Positions 18,260 through 28,653 are shown, numbered from the stretch's first letter. The stretch is 60,993 nt of DNA from Akkermansiaceae bacterium (GCA_023301545.1 JALZUI010000040.1:1-60993), one strand, 5' to 3'. Numbers and translations are program-made. The notes: generated by a model not told the origin, from the sequence alone.

Positions 18260-19270
18260 ATGGGCGAAAGTAATACAGTGATGCCGTTTACGGCGAAGGT
18301 GGTGGCCATGCTTAATCGTAAGTGGGGGCAGTTGGGCGTTATTTTACTCAGTCTATTGTTGATGGGAGAGCTATTAGTTAAGCCTCAGCACAACTTAACT
18401 AATGATCTCCGTACGGCGCAGCTCTTACCTGATGAGCTTTCTAGCGAAAATCAAATCGAGATTGGACAGACGGGCGCGGCTGTCGCCCTGGGGGGATTGC
18501 GCTCCCTGATTGCGGCAGTAATGAATTTACAGGCCTATGGCGCTTTTGAGGTTCAGGATTGGGTCGAACTAGAGCAGTTGTATGAAATGACAGTTACGCT
18601 ACAACCGAAGAATACGTATTACTGGGAGTCGGGTGGCTGGCACTTGGCTTATAATGCGTATTACGACTTTGAGGATAAGCTCGGGATGACCTCTGCACGG
18701 GCGAAGTTCAAGCAACGAGAATATCACAGCAAAGGAGAGGAGTTCCTCTTGCGAGGGGCGGAGGAAAACCCAGGAGATCTAAGCTTATGGCAAGATCTAG
18801 GACGTCTCTACACCGCTCCTCACAAGCCATATGATTTCGCACGGGCGGCAGGCTATTTTGAAAAGGCGTTAGAATCCCCTCGCGCCGATGACCGAATGAA
18901 GCGGGAATACTTTTACACGATTGGTCGGGTTGCTGGACGCGAAGAAGAAGCTCTCCGCCTAGGGGATGAATTATATGAACGCGGGAACAATTTTCGCTAC
19001 AGTTCGATGCGGGCTTTGTATTACGCTCTCAGGGTGAAAGTTGACCCTGCATTAGCGAAGGATGATGCGCTGATAGAGAAGGTGTTTAAGGGGGATAAAC
19101 GTAACGCGTATCGCGATATGGCAAATTATTGGTTGCGGACTAAATCTGAGCGCTTTCCGAGAGAAGGGTTAGCAGTGGCAATTAACCGGTTGGCTATCGA
19201 ATTAAATGTTTCAGACATTAACAACCCTCTTAAAAATTCCAAAATGGGACGCTTGCGACTCGTTAATTAG
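18260..19270 (+). CDS. Membrane-anchored helical-repeat (TPR-like) protein, function unknown
   Basis: One N-terminal TM helix (LGVILLSLLLMGELLV). The remainder is helical-repeat-like. Starts 4 nt after yaaA. Confidence 0.5.
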   Translation: MGESNTVMPFTAKVVAMLNRKWGQLGVILLSLLLMGELLVKPQHNLTNDLRTAQLLPDELSSENQIEIGQTGAAVALGGLRSLIAAVMNLQAYGAFEVQDWVELEQLYEMTVTLQPKNTYYWESGGWHLAYNAYYDFEDKLGMTSARAKFKQREYHSKGEEFLLRGAEENPGDLSLWQDLGRLYTAPHKPYDFARAAGYFEKALESPRADDRMKREYFYTIGRVAGREEEALRLGDELYERGNNFRYSSMRALYYALRVKVDPALAKDDALIEKVFKGDKRNAYRDMANYWLRTKSERFPREGLAVAINRLAIELNVSDINNPLKNSKMGRLRLVN

Positions 19271-19443
19271 ATAGGTGTCTCGGAGGGGCTTGTGGCGACT
19301 GATTGGATAATTTATTCCCGTAGTGTCGATAGGGTTTTATCCGCTCATTTATCCATTTATTTTTAAGAAGTGGTAATTTTTTTGTAAGTAATGCTTGCGG
19401 TGAGGTCCCTTTACTCTTCAAATAGGAGGCTCGATCATTAAAT

Positions 19444-20223
19444 ATGAAAGCACACTTCTTAAATAAATCATCACACTTTTCTAAAGTGAATCTTACATTA
19501 CTTGCGACAGCTGCTACTAGTACATTAGCTCTTGCTCAGGGGACTAAAAAATCAGTACTTGAAACGTACGTAATGGATGGGGGGCCTACAATGCTCCTTA
19601 TTCTTGCCGTTTTCCTCATCTTGGTTGCACTGGTAGTTTACAATGCAATGAATGTGTCGCGTGCTAAATTTCACCCAGACGATCTAAAGGCTGAGCTTAT
19701 GGACCACATGACTAACTGCCGTGTGCGTACCGCGATTGAGATTTCAGCGTCAGATCCAAGCTTCCTAGGTCGTATGCTTGCTTTCGCTCTTCCGAATGTT
19801 GATGCGACTAAGCCTGAAGACCTCGGTCGTGAAGGTGTAGAAGTCGCGGTAGCAGACTTTACTGCTAACGAAGCGCGTAAAAACATGGTTTGGATTAACT
19901 ACATTTCACTTGTAGCGCAATCGGCACCGATGGTTGGCCTTTTCGGTACTGTTCTTGGTATGGTTGGCGCCTTCGCTACTCTCGCGGAAGCAGGTCAAGC
20001 GGATCCAAGTCAACTGGCTTCGAAGATTTCTACTGCTCTCTTAACGACACTTTGGGGTCTGATTATCGCAATTCCGGCACTAGTCTTTTACTACATGTTT
20101 AAGAATAAGCTGAACGCCTTCATCGCTGAAGCAACAACAACTTCTGAAGAGCTTGTTAACGCGTCTTTACAGACGATTAACCAAGACGCGTACTTCGCTA
20201 AGATCCCTGAAGGTCTCGCGTAA
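19444..20223 (+). CDS. exbB: MotA/TolQ/ExbB proton-channel family protein
   Basis: Signal-like N-terminus, then three TM segments and the conserved APMVGLFGTVLGMVGAF motif. Confidence 0.85.
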   Translation: MKAHFLNKSSHFSKVNLTLLATAATSTLALAQGTKKSVLETYVMDGGPTMLLILAVFLILVALVVYNAMNVSRAKFHPDDLKAELMDHMTNCRVRTAIEISASDPSFLGRMLAFALPNVDATKPEDLGREGVEVAVADFTANEARKNMVWINYISLVAQSAPMVGLFGTVLGMVGAFATLAEAGQADPSQLASKISTALLTTLWGLIIAIPALVFYYMFKNKLNAFIAEATTTSEELVNASLQTINQDAYFAKIPEGLA

Positions 20224-20267
20224 GTCGTCGGTTGATTACTGTTCCTTAATCTACACTCTCTAGAACT

Positions 20268-20714
20268 ATGGCCAAAACCAGAAAAAGACCCGAAGCAGAA
20301 GCTGATCAATCAGTGGATATGTCACCAATGATCGACTTGGTGTTCCTCCTGCTGATCTTCTTCATTGTAAACGCGAATTTGATTACGGTGGAGATGGATA
20401 AGTCTGTAGAGGTTCCTAGTGCCAGCAACTCTGTGCAGGTGGAAGATGCTAATGGTCGAATCGTTATCAATATTAGTGAGGACGGAACAGTCAAAAATGA
20501 CGGAGGCCAACTCCTAGAGAGCTCGTCGGCTATACAGGATTACGTGGAAAATCAGAAACTCCTCGTAGACAGTCTTGGTTATGCTCCTAAGCTTCACCTC
20601 CGTGGTGACCGCCGCGCGATTTTCAAGCATTCTCGCAAGGTGATCCGTGCGGCTGCTAATGCAGGAGTTGAGGACGTCCACTTCGCAGCCTTCCTTAAAA
20701 GCCCCGGCTGGTAG
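20268..20714 (+). CDS. exbD: Biopolymer transport protein ExbD/TolR
   Basis: DMSPMIDLVFLLLIFFIV (conserved Asp in the TM helix) plus a periplasmic domain. Confidence 0.85.
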   Translation: MAKTRKRPEAEADQSVDMSPMIDLVFLLLIFFIVNANLITVEMDKSVEVPSASNSVQVEDANGRIVINISEDGTVKNDGGQLLESSSAIQDYVENQKLLVDSLGYAPKLHLRGDRRAIFKHSRKVIRAAANAGVEDVHFAAFLKSPGW

Positions 20715-20757
20715 TTTTCGATCAGCCTCCTACTAACCCACTTACCAATTTATTTCC

Positions 20758-21222
20758 ATGGCCAGAGTTAAAAAAAGATCCGCCCTCGATGCAGACGAAC
20801 CAGGTTTAGACATCTCATCTTTAATCGATGTTTGTTTCCTTCTCCTCATTTACTTCATTGTTTCCACTAGCATCAAGGCGACTGAGCAGGACGTGAATAT
20901 GAAGTTGCCTTCACCTGGCGCTCCTGATGAAAATAACATTACTCAACCATTTTTCATCAAAGTTGATGCATCAGGTAATATTTCAGTAGGTGGAGGAGAG
21001 GCTTCCGAGCTATTAGACACGGATCCAGAGGATCGAAAGGTTCCTCTTTTGAGTCAGCGTTTAGAGACTTACAAGCAGGGTTGTGATCTCTCAGGAGACA
21101 ACCCGGTTGTACAGGTCAAAATCAGTGGCGATGCCAAGCAGCAACGAGTGATGGATTGCCTTAACGCAATCAGCAAATACAAAATTACAAGCGTTACTTT
21201 CACTGACCTGCTAGATAACTAA
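20758..21222 (+). CDS. exbD: Biopolymer transport protein ExbD/TolR (second copy)
   Basis: DISSLIDVCFLLLIYFIV. The architecture matches the first copy. Confidence 0.8.
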   Translation: MARVKKRSALDADEPGLDISSLIDVCFLLLIYFIVSTSIKATEQDVNMKLPSPGAPDENNITQPFFIKVDASGNISVGGGEASELLDTDPEDRKVPLLSQRLETYKQGCDLSGDNPVVQVKISGDAKQQRVMDCLNAISKYKITSVTFTDLLDN

Positions 21223-21245
21223 TTTAGGCAAACAACAATATTTCT

Positions 21246-24236
21246 ATGAAGTTTAAAACTTTTTCTAAGGTGCTCGTTATGTCGAGTGTGTGTTTCTTTG
21301 GGGCTACTGTTCAGGCACAAAACGTGCAGAAAGTGTTCACGGAGAGTATCGAGATGATGAAAACGAGTGATTGGAGTGGCGCTTTGGCTTCGATTGACGG
21401 CTTCTTGAGTAGAATGGACGACGCGAAAGCAATGAAGCTGCACGGTCCGATGTTCGGCGTTTTTCACTACAACCGTGCTATATGTCTAGACAACTTGGGT
21501 GATTTCAAAGGAGCAATGGCCGCGTATGATACGTGCCATTTGAAATTCCCTAACGGGGGAGGTAAGTCTGAAAACTTCTATTTTGTGTATTCCCTTTTCA
21601 AAAAAGGGGAGACTGCAATGAAAGCGGAAGATTACGAAGTTGCGGTTCAATCGTATGGGGCGTTTCTAGGTAGTTATAAAGGAGACAAAGCTTCCGCTAA
21701 GACGAATTGGGGGAGCTTCTTCGTTAATTACGGGTTGGCACTTCTAAAAACGGGAGACAAAGAGAAGGGCATGGAAATGATCGAAAAAGCCCTCAAAAAC
21801 AAAGAGAAATTCGCCATTGCTCCTGCGACAATTTACAAAGCTTTTGACGCGTTGAGCGCGGTAGCTATTGAAAATAATGATGAGCGATCAGTGCTGAAAT
21901 TTTTAAAAGATTATAAATCAGCCCTTCTGTCAGATCCTGCTGCAGTGAGTCAGTATGCGCGTGGAATGATTGGCAAAGTGTCCCAAGCGATTCAAGCCGA
22001 CATGGAAGTCTTACCGGTGGAGCTCTTATCGTTAGTTCCTAATACTCAAACCTCGCTCAATAACCTTAAGGCCCAAGCGGGGACATTAGAAGGAGCAACA
22101 TTTTCCAAAGCGATTCGTGATGGTTACATTTTCTTGACCCCTGACTACATCCAAAAGCTTCTGGCAAGCACCCAAGCACAAGCTGGTAGTGATGAGCCAA
22201 ACGAGGCGTACACCCTAAACCTTAGCGCTTACCTATGGTCTAGAGCGGGGAATAATAACGCTGCTTATAGTGCGTACAAAGAATTAGAAGAAAGTTACCC
22301 AAAAGCTAAAAATCGCGAAGAAAACCTTTTCGCACTAGTTCAAATGGCTAATGCGGTTGGTTATGTAAAAGAAGCGAATGCTTACGGAAATACATTCCTT
22401 ACAGCTTTCCCTGACAGCGACAAGATTGAAAAAGTTAAGCGCCTGATGTTAACCGGTCTTTACCGTGACCGTAAGTATGCAGAGTGTATTGAAGTAGCAG
22501 AAGAACTAATGCCCAATTTAGAGAAAGGAAGCGAAGCGCATGAGATCGCTCTCTTTGTACTTGGTGGATCGAAGTTCTATACGGGAGACATTTCTGCTGC
22601 TCAGAAACTCCTCACTCAACATGGAGAGGAATACCCAAAGAGTGCCTTTATTATTGAAAGTTCTTATATGGAAGCCTCTTGTTGCTCGCGCTTGGGTCAA
22701 TTTGACAAGGCGATAGGTAAGCTTGAGAACTTCCTAGAAAAGTACAAATCGGACAATACCGCTTTTTATCCATACGCACTCTTTGATAGAGCTAATGCGG
22801 CTTACTCAACAAATGACAATAAAACGGCTCTAGCAAAAATCGATGATTTAGAAAAAGGATACCGCTCGACCCCTATCATGGCAGCGGCATTCAATCTGAA
22901 AGGAAACGTGCTGGAATCAGAAAAAGATTACTCGCGCGCAGAAGAGTACTATAATCGTGGGCTAACTAAGGCAGGAGAAAGCTCTGACAAGAGAGTTGCC
23001 TCCGAATCGGTCTTTTACTTAATAAACCTCTTATCGGACTACCCGGGTGAAGGTGACCGCTACAAGGATGCCGCGAAATACTATGATCAATTCTGGGCGG
23101 ACTACGCCAAAGATTCTCCTTACCAAGCTCAAGTCGCCGTACAGGGCTATAATGCACTTAAAGAAATTGGACGTGCTGATGAAGGCTTGAACAAGATGGA
23201 AGATATTGTAAACACAGTCGCAAAACTACCAGGTCAGCCTCAGTTAGAAGCGCTTGTTAATACATATCGTGATAACTACCTAGAAGCCAATGGGATTGAA
23301 GAACTTAAGAAAAAGTTCAATAATTTCAAAGGTGTTAGTGACGATGATCGAGAAGCGCTTGCGTTGATTAAGATTTCACTAATCGGGGCGTATGAAAAAG
23401 AATTGGATAAGGCCAAGAAGAAGCGAGATGAAGAGGGGGAGACTAAGTTACAAGCTGGTATTAAAGTTGTCTTTAATGAGCTTAAAAACGAGTTTAAACC
23501 AACTAGCCTAACTCCTGCAGCATTGAGCAAAGTAGGAACATACATTCGCACAAAAACCAATACTCCTCGTGGAGGATTGCCGTATTACGAAGAGATCATC
23601 AAAAGACAGGATGCAGCTCATACAAATCAAGCACGCTTCGGTATTGCTGATATTTTAGCTGGTTCAGCTAAGGGGGCGGAGCAAGCTAAAGCTTCAACTC
23701 TCCTCGCGGAAATCTTCAAAAATGAAGGAGTTAGAGGCAAGGACAGAGCGAGGGCGCTTTATAGGCTCATTCAATTGAATGAATCTCAGAATGACTGGGG
23801 AGGGGTAAAAGCTAATGCACTTCTCTTCTTTAAAGAAAAGTACACTTATGAATTGTCTTATGTTTCATTCTATTACGCCCAGGCGCTGGACAACCTAGGG
23901 GAAAAAGATTTGGCGCTTACCAATTACCAGAAAACCTACTTCGGGAACCAAGGCTTTGTACCTGTAGCGGCTCCGTCACTTAAACGCATGATGGAAATTT
24001 ACTGGGAACGGAATAGACCACAGGTTCTGGGAGAAGATAAGCTTATCAAAACGATTGGAGACCGCCAGTTCGCCTACAATTCAGGTTGGGTATATATCGA
24101 CGCTACCCAACGCTCTATTGATAAAATGAGTGATAGTGAAAAAAGCCTCCGGGAAAGCGTGGCAGGACTCGTTGCTCAATACGAAGCGTCTAAGCAAATC
24201 GTTGATATGGCGACACAGAAGAATAATAACCAATAA
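21246..24236 (+). CDS. Secreted 996-aa TPR-repeat protein
   Basis: Signal peptide MKFKTFSKVLVMSSVCFFGATVQA. Long series of TPR-like helical repeats. Starts 23 nt after exbD-2. Confidence 0.75.
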   Translation: MKFKTFSKVLVMSSVCFFGATVQAQNVQKVFTESIEMMKTSDWSGALASIDGFLSRMDDAKAMKLHGPMFGVFHYNRAICLDNLGDFKGAMAAYDTCHLKFPNGGGKSENFYFVYSLFKKGETAMKAEDYEVAVQSYGAFLGSYKGDKASAKTNWGSFFVNYGLALLKTGDKEKGMEMIEKALKNKEKFAIAPATIYKAFDALSAVAIENNDERSVLKFLKDYKSALLSDPAAVSQYARGMIGKVSQAIQADMEVLPVELLSLVPNTQTSLNNLKAQAGTLEGATFSKAIRDGYIFLTPDYIQKLLASTQAQAGSDEPNEAYTLNLSAYLWSRAGNNNAAYSAYKELEESYPKAKNREENLFALVQMANAVGYVKEANAYGNTFLTAFPDSDKIEKVKRLMLTGLYRDRKYAECIEVAEELMPNLEKGSEAHEIALFVLGGSKFYTGDISAAQKLLTQHGEEYPKSAFIIESSYMEASCCSRLGQFDKAIGKLENFLEKYKSDNTAFYPYALFDRANAAYSTNDNKTALAKIDDLEKGYRSTPIMAAAFNLKGNVLESEKDYSRAEEYYNRGLTKAGESSDKRVASESVFYLINLLSDYPGEGDRYKDAAKYYDQFWADYAKDSPYQAQVAVQGYNALKEIGRADEGLNKMEDIVNTVAKLPGQPQLEALVNTYRDNYLEANGIEELKKKFNNFKGVSDDDREALALIKISLIGAYEKELDKAKKKRDEEGETKLQAGIKVVFNELKNEFKPTSLTPAALSKVGTYIRTKTNTPRGGLPYYEEIIKRQDAAHTNQARFGIADILAGSAKGAEQAKASTLLAEIFKNEGVRGKDRARALYRLIQLNESQNDWGGVKANALLFFKEKYTYELSYVSFYYAQALDNLGEKDLALTNYQKTYFGNQGFVPVAAPSLKRMMEIYWERNRPQVLGEDKLIKTIGDRQFAYNSGWVYIDATQRSIDKMSDSEKSLRESVAGLVAQYEASKQIVDMATQKNNNQ

Positions 24237-24254
24237 TTACGAAAACAGATTTAT

Positions 24255-25199
24255 ATGAAGACTATTTCACTCACATGTTTAATCCTCGTTTCTCTAGTAA
24301 CTTCTGTTTTTGCTGAAAATGCTAAATCGATTGTTACTAAAGGCGGCGCTTCAAAAGAAGTATATATCCAACTCGCATCTAACAAAGGAATTTCCTTTTT
24401 TGAAGATACTCGGACAACAAAAGCGACGACAATGGCGCTGAAAGACATAGATAGTATCTTTTTCTTCCGCCCTAAGGAGTTTCAAGAGGGGTTAGAATTC
24501 TTTAACGAAGGTGACTTTTCTAAAGCGAAAAAGTCGTTTATTAGCTGTAAAGAAAAGTACGCCAAGATGGCACCTCTTTCTGAGAATTACTTTTCCCGTG
24601 CCTACTTCTATGAAATGGAGTGCGCTCGACGTGAACGTAAATTCGACGAGGTTATTAAATTAGAAAAGGGTTTTCGTGACGATGTTATTAAAAATGAGAA
24701 TCACCTCAACCAAATCAAACTTTATGCATTCTGGAAAGCGTACCACCAAAAGGACTGGAAGCGACTCGTGCAGATGGAACGGACATGGGATGGGGCTAAA
24801 TTACCTGGTTACCAAAAAGCTCAAATTGCGTACTGCTATGGTGTAGGACTAGAAGAGACTGGAGATGTAAAAGGAGCCTTAATACAATTCAATTCAGTGC
24901 TTGCTCTATCTGAATTCAAGGAGATGGAGCTTGTTCTAGAAGCAGGTACCAGAATCATGGATATCCACCTCGCTGATGAGAGTGTAGAGGATTGTCTCAA
25001 AAGTCAGGCGACAGACGATCCTGACCGAAAGAGCAAAGCCTTTGCAACCCTCCTAGAAGCGGCTTCAATTGCTCGACTCTGGGACAAGTCAGTTGGCGTC
25101 AAAAAGCTCCCTACAAAATATAGCAAGCTAGTTAGTATTAAGCCTGACCGTCCGAAAGCGGAGAAGGAAGAAAAAGCTAGTAAGGAAGAGAAGAAGTAA
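24255..25199 (+). CDS. Secreted helical-repeat protein with Lys/Glu-rich tail
   Basis: Signal peptide MKTISLTCLILVSLVTSVFA. C-terminus KAEKEEKASKEEKK. Last gene of the exbBDD cluster. Confidence 0.6.
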   Translation: MKTISLTCLILVSLVTSVFAENAKSIVTKGGASKEVYIQLASNKGISFFEDTRTTKATTMALKDIDSIFFFRPKEFQEGLEFFNEGDFSKAKKSFISCKEKYAKMAPLSENYFSRAYFYEMECARRERKFDEVIKLEKGFRDDVIKNENHLNQIKLYAFWKAYHQKDWKRLVQMERTWDGAKLPGYQKAQIAYCYGVGLEETGDVKGALIQFNSVLALSEFKEMELVLEAGTRIMDIHLADESVEDCLKSQATDDPDRKSKAFATLLEAASIARLWDKSVGVKKLPTKYSKLVSIKPDRPKAEKEEKASKEEKK

Positions 25200-25223
25200 A
25201 ACTACTCTGAGGACAGATCTTAG

Positions 25224-25250
25224 AAAAGCGCTCGTTAGAGCGCTTTTTTT
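25224..25250. terminator. Bidirectional rho-independent terminator between convergent genes
   Basis: aaaagcgctc-gtta-gagcgcttttttt: perfect stem flanked by an A-run and a T-run. Confidence 0.65.
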
Positions 25251-25255
25251 GTGCT

Positions 25256-25750
25256 TCAGCTTAGGGGAAACGCAATCGAGCAGTTTGCAAGTGCGGCGAT
25301 TCCTTCCTCGCGACCGACAAACCCCATTGTTTCATTAGTGGTGGCTTTGATGTTAACTCGGTCTTGCGTAATTTGGAGTGCTTTGGAGAGGTTTTCGATC
25401 ATGGCCTCACGGTGTTTCATGACCTTTGGCGCTTCGGCAATGAGCATGGAATCGACATTGACGAGGCGGGCTCCTTTTTCTTGAACTAAGGCCGCGCATT
25501 TTTCTAGTATTTTGAGGCTTGAGATACCCTCGATCGAATCGTCAGAGGGGGGGAAGTAGTACCCAATATCAGGAAGCCCAAGAGCGCCTAGGATAGAGTC
25601 TGCGATGGCGTGGCAAAGTACATCGGCATCAGAATGCCCGAGCAAGCCTACTTCATGCGGGATTTCAACGCCTCCTAAGATACATTTTCTATTTTCTGCA
25701 AATTGGTGGACATCATAACCTATTCCACTGCGGTATTCGTATTCATTCAT
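25256..25750 (-). CDS. ispF: 2-C-methyl-D-erythritol 2,4-cyclodiphosphate synthase
   Basis: GIGYDVHQF, GHSDADVLCHAI and a trimer-type C-terminus. Confidence 0.92.
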   Translation of the reverse strand: MNEYEYRSGIGYDVHQFAENRKCILGGVEIPHEVGLLGHSDADVLCHAIADSILGALGLPDIGYYFPPSDDSIEGISSLKILEKCAALVQEKGARLVNVDSMLIAEAPKVMKHREAMIENLSKALQITQDRVNIKATTNETMGFVGREEGIAALANCSIAFPLS

Positions 25751-25814
25751 CTTTTAAGTTTGCTTAGTAAATGGATATCTGCACATTGGACAGAATAATT
25801 TACGCTTTCCTTCT

Positions 25815-27446
25815 ATGCTCCGCAGCTTAATGACCATCTCAGGCTTTACCCTGATTAGCCGAATCCTAGGTCTCGTAAGAGATGTGCTCCAAGGGATTAT
25901 TATAGGGATGAACTCATATTCAGATGCGTTTTTTACGGCGTTTCGATTTCCGAATATGGGGCGGAGGATTTTTGGGGAGGGGGCGTTTAATTCGGCGTTT
26001 GTTCCTTTATATGGGCAATCAGTAGAGACGGAGGATCGTCTCTCTTCGGATCGCTTTGCTTCGCTTGCGTTCTCGTGGCTCGTTGCCGTACTAGGGGTTT
26101 TGACCTTAGTGGTGATGGTCGGAATGCGGTGGTTTATGGCGTTTGTCGCTCCTGGTTTTTTGAATGGGTTTGATGAAGTTGTGGCGCAAGGCATGGCTGG
26201 TTTTTCTGATGGATCTTCCTGGGCATGGATTAAGGGACAGCTACTTAACCCTCAAGGAGGGGAGAAGTTTGATTACACGGTGGAAATGGGACGTATTATG
26301 TTTTGCTACCTTTTGTGTATGGCTTTGGGGGCGCAACTTAGTGGGGTCCTGAATACGTGGAAGAAATTCGCTATAGCGGCTTTTGCGCCTGTGTTACTAA
26401 ATATCATTGTTCTCCTTGGGTTTGTTTGGATATGGTTTTTGGAGATTGAAGAGAAACGCCAAATGACGAATATCCTGTCCTGGTGTGTATTCATCGCAGG
26501 CTGGGCTCAAATGGCGTTGCTGTTTTACGGAGTGAAGAGGCAGGGAGTGAGTATTAAGGCGACCATACCTAAGCTTACTCCTAAAATGAAGCAGTTGTTT
26601 ATTCTGATGATTCCTGGCGTTGGGGCCGCTAGTGTGCAGCAGATTAACTTACTCATTGCAGGGCAGATCGCCTCAACGAACGATAGTTCCATATCGTATA
26701 TCTATTATGCAGATCGACTTAACCAATTTCCGTTGGGAATGATCGGAATTGCGTTGGGTATTTCGCTACTACCTACGATTAGTCGTCAGGTGAGCGCACG
26801 TAACTGGACGGGTGCGAGTGAAAGTCTTGGTGATGGAATTAAAATAGGCTTACTACTGACGATCCCCGCAGCGATTGCTTTAGGGGCGATGCCTTACGAA
26901 TTAGTTAAATCGACCTTTGGTTACGGAAGTGTGACGGAGAGTGGAGTGGTGGAAACGGCAAAGGTCTTGGGCGCATTTGCTCTCGGGTTGCCGGCTTACG
27001 TTTTGATTAGAGTTTTGCAGACTGGCTTTTTTGCACAAAAAGACACGAAGCGTCCGATGAAATACGGGATCGTCATGGTGATCGTGAATATCATTTTTAG
27101 TTTCGCCCTCTTCCCAACATACAAGCACGTTGGCCTAGGCTTTGCGACGAGTATTGCGGGATGGGTAAATGTGGTCTTGCTCTTTATGGGGCTGCGAGGG
27201 TTCTTTGCGATTAAGAAGCCGCTGGTAATGCAAATTGGCCGCATTATTCTCGCCTCTCTCTGTATGGCGGTCGTTATTTTCGTAGCGTCCAAGTATTGCG
27301 CTCCATGGATCGCAGGCTCCTTTGTTCCGCGAACGTCTGCACTACTTGTACTCGTAGGTTCAGGGCTGACGACTTATGCCTTAGCTGCGATTGTTTTGAA
27401 GGCGACTTCGCTGACGGAATTAAAAGGGTATATGCGTAAGTCGTAG
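25815..27446 (+). CDS. murJ: Lipid II flippase MurJ
   Basis: MLRSLMTISGFTLISRILGLVRDV, SDAFFTAFRFPN, polytopic, 543 aa. Confidence 0.9.
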   Translation: MLRSLMTISGFTLISRILGLVRDVLQGIIIGMNSYSDAFFTAFRFPNMGRRIFGEGAFNSAFVPLYGQSVETEDRLSSDRFASLAFSWLVAVLGVLTLVVMVGMRWFMAFVAPGFLNGFDEVVAQGMAGFSDGSSWAWIKGQLLNPQGGEKFDYTVEMGRIMFCYLLCMALGAQLSGVLNTWKKFAIAAFAPVLLNIIVLLGFVWIWFLEIEEKRQMTNILSWCVFIAGWAQMALLFYGVKRQGVSIKATIPKLTPKMKQLFILMIPGVGAASVQQINLLIAGQIASTNDSSISYIYYADRLNQFPLGMIGIALGISLLPTISRQVSARNWTGASESLGDGIKIGLLLTIPAAIALGAMPYELVKSTFGYGSVTESGVVETAKVLGAFALGLPAYVLIRVLQTGFFAQKDTKRPMKYGIVMVIVNIIFSFALFPTYKHVGLGFATSIAGWVNVVLLFMGLRGFFAIKKPLVMQIGRIILASLCMAVVIFVASKYCAPWIAGSFVPRTSALLVLVGSGLTTYALAAIVLKATSLTELKGYMRKS

Positions 27447-27496
27447 ACTCTATCAGGAGCGCTAGTTTCTGAGGGAGTAAGTTGGGCAGCTTGGAG

Positions 27497-28345
27497 CTAT
27501 ACTTGTTCGAGGAGCGCGAGCATTTCAGTGTTCCAACCGGTAGGGCCAGGTTCTTGAGCGTAGATCACTTTCTGAGCGCTTGGCCGTAGCTTCTCCTTAT
27601 TGGGGATGACGACTGCTATATCGGCAGCATTGAGCATGTTGAGGTCGTTTGGGCTATCCCCAAGGGCAATTGTAAGTAGTTCTCGTTGAGGGTGCTTGAG
27701 CTGGTAGAGTTCGTTAAGCTTGCGGAGGCCGTGTGCTTTATCGGAAAGGCCCGAAATGTGAATGAATCGCCCTCCTGCAACGGCTTGGATTTCATATTGA
27801 GCCAGTTCGCCCAGAAAGCGTTTATAAGCCTCATCACTGCCATGCCAATGAATAGGTTCGGTGCCTTGGCGAGTATGAGAAAGGTGGGCCTGTTCTATGG
27901 GGAGTCCAGTGTGTTTAGCGACGTCTTCTGCAGACCAGTCGCTATAGCCCTCGAAGCGGTATTCGGGGTTGCTTTCACGAAGCTTATGTAAGGTTTCGAT
28001 GAATTGTCCTCTACTGCGTCCTAGGTTACCGAGCCAATAGTTTTTGGTTACTTCGATGGACGGGAAATAGGTTTCAATTTCAGAGAGGGAAAAATCTCCA
28101 TTGCGAGGAATGGCAATGAGGGATCCGTTTTCACAGACTAGAGGGTGGCTAAGGTTGAGCTCAGTAGCGAGCTCTTGCATTTCCGCTAAGGTTTTAGAGG
28201 AGTTAAGGATGAGGGGAATGCCAAGCTCCTGTAATCGAGTAAGCGCAGGGAGGGCAGGTTGCCATGAATACGTGTCGTGATTCAGTAAAGTCGCGTCGAG
28301 ATCTGTATGAACGAGGGGATAAGGAGGGCGGAAAGTCATAGGCAA
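27497..28345 (-). CDS. HAD-IIB hydrolase, mannosyl-/glucosyl-3-phosphoglycerate phosphatase-like
   Basis: HTDLDATLL (DxD nucleophile motif), ILNSSKT, GDSPNDLNML. Confidence 0.72.
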   Translation of the reverse strand: MPMTFRPPYPLVHTDLDATLLNHDTYSWQPALPALTRLQELGIPLILNSSKTLAEMQELATELNLSHPLVCENGSLIAIPRNGDFSLSEIETYFPSIEVTKNYWLGNLGRSRGQFIETLHKLRESNPEYRFEGYSDWSAEDVAKHTGLPIEQAHLSHTRQGTEPIHWHGSDEAYKRFLGELAQYEIQAVAGGRFIHISGLSDKAHGLRKLNELYQLKHPQRELLTIALGDSPNDLNMLNAADIAVVIPNKEKLRPSAQKVIYAQEPGPTGWNTEMLALLEQV

Positions 28346-28366
28346 TTTAGAACTTATTTCTTGTTA

Positions 28367-28391
28367 CAAAAAAGCTCCGCTTTTGCGGAGC
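28367..28391 (-). terminator. Rho-independent terminator (minus strand)
   Basis: On the minus strand: gctccgc-aaaa-gcggagc followed by ttttttt. Lies directly downstream of the small ORF 28425-28595. Confidence 0.55.
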
Positions 28392-28424
28392 CTCTTACTC
28401 AACAGACATGAGTGTTAGGGTCGC

Positions 28425-28595
28425 TTATTGGGTATCTTCACTAGCCTTAGCTTGTGCTGTTGTTTCTACTTCTACAGGAGCTATAGAAGCAGAGTAGTGC
28501 TCGTAGCTTTGGGTAGGAATAGGGCGGAGGAAGGAGACTGTCATCCATAGGATGAGTACTGCGGCAATACCGAGCATTGAATAAGCGAGTTTCAT
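28425..28595 (-). CDS. Possible 56-aa single-TM protein (below the ORF-track cutoff)
   Basis: Own translation: MKLAYSMLGIAAVLILWMTVSFLRPIPTQSYEHYSASIAPVEVETTAQAKASEDTQ*. It has its own terminator. No homology evidence. Confidence 0.35.
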   Translation of the reverse strand: MKLAYSMLGIAAVLILWMTVSFLRPIPTQSYEHYSASIAPVEVETTAQAKASEDTQ

Positions 28596-28653
28596 GAAAG
28601 AGCGGGTTGTTAGGGCGAAAACAAACTAAGGAAATCTTAGCTAATTTTGCATT

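Noticed and set aside
25754-26194. 146-aa minus-strand ORF upstream of ispF
   Set aside because: It lies entirely antisense to the well-supported 5' part of murJ and has no motifs. The murJ assignment explains the region.
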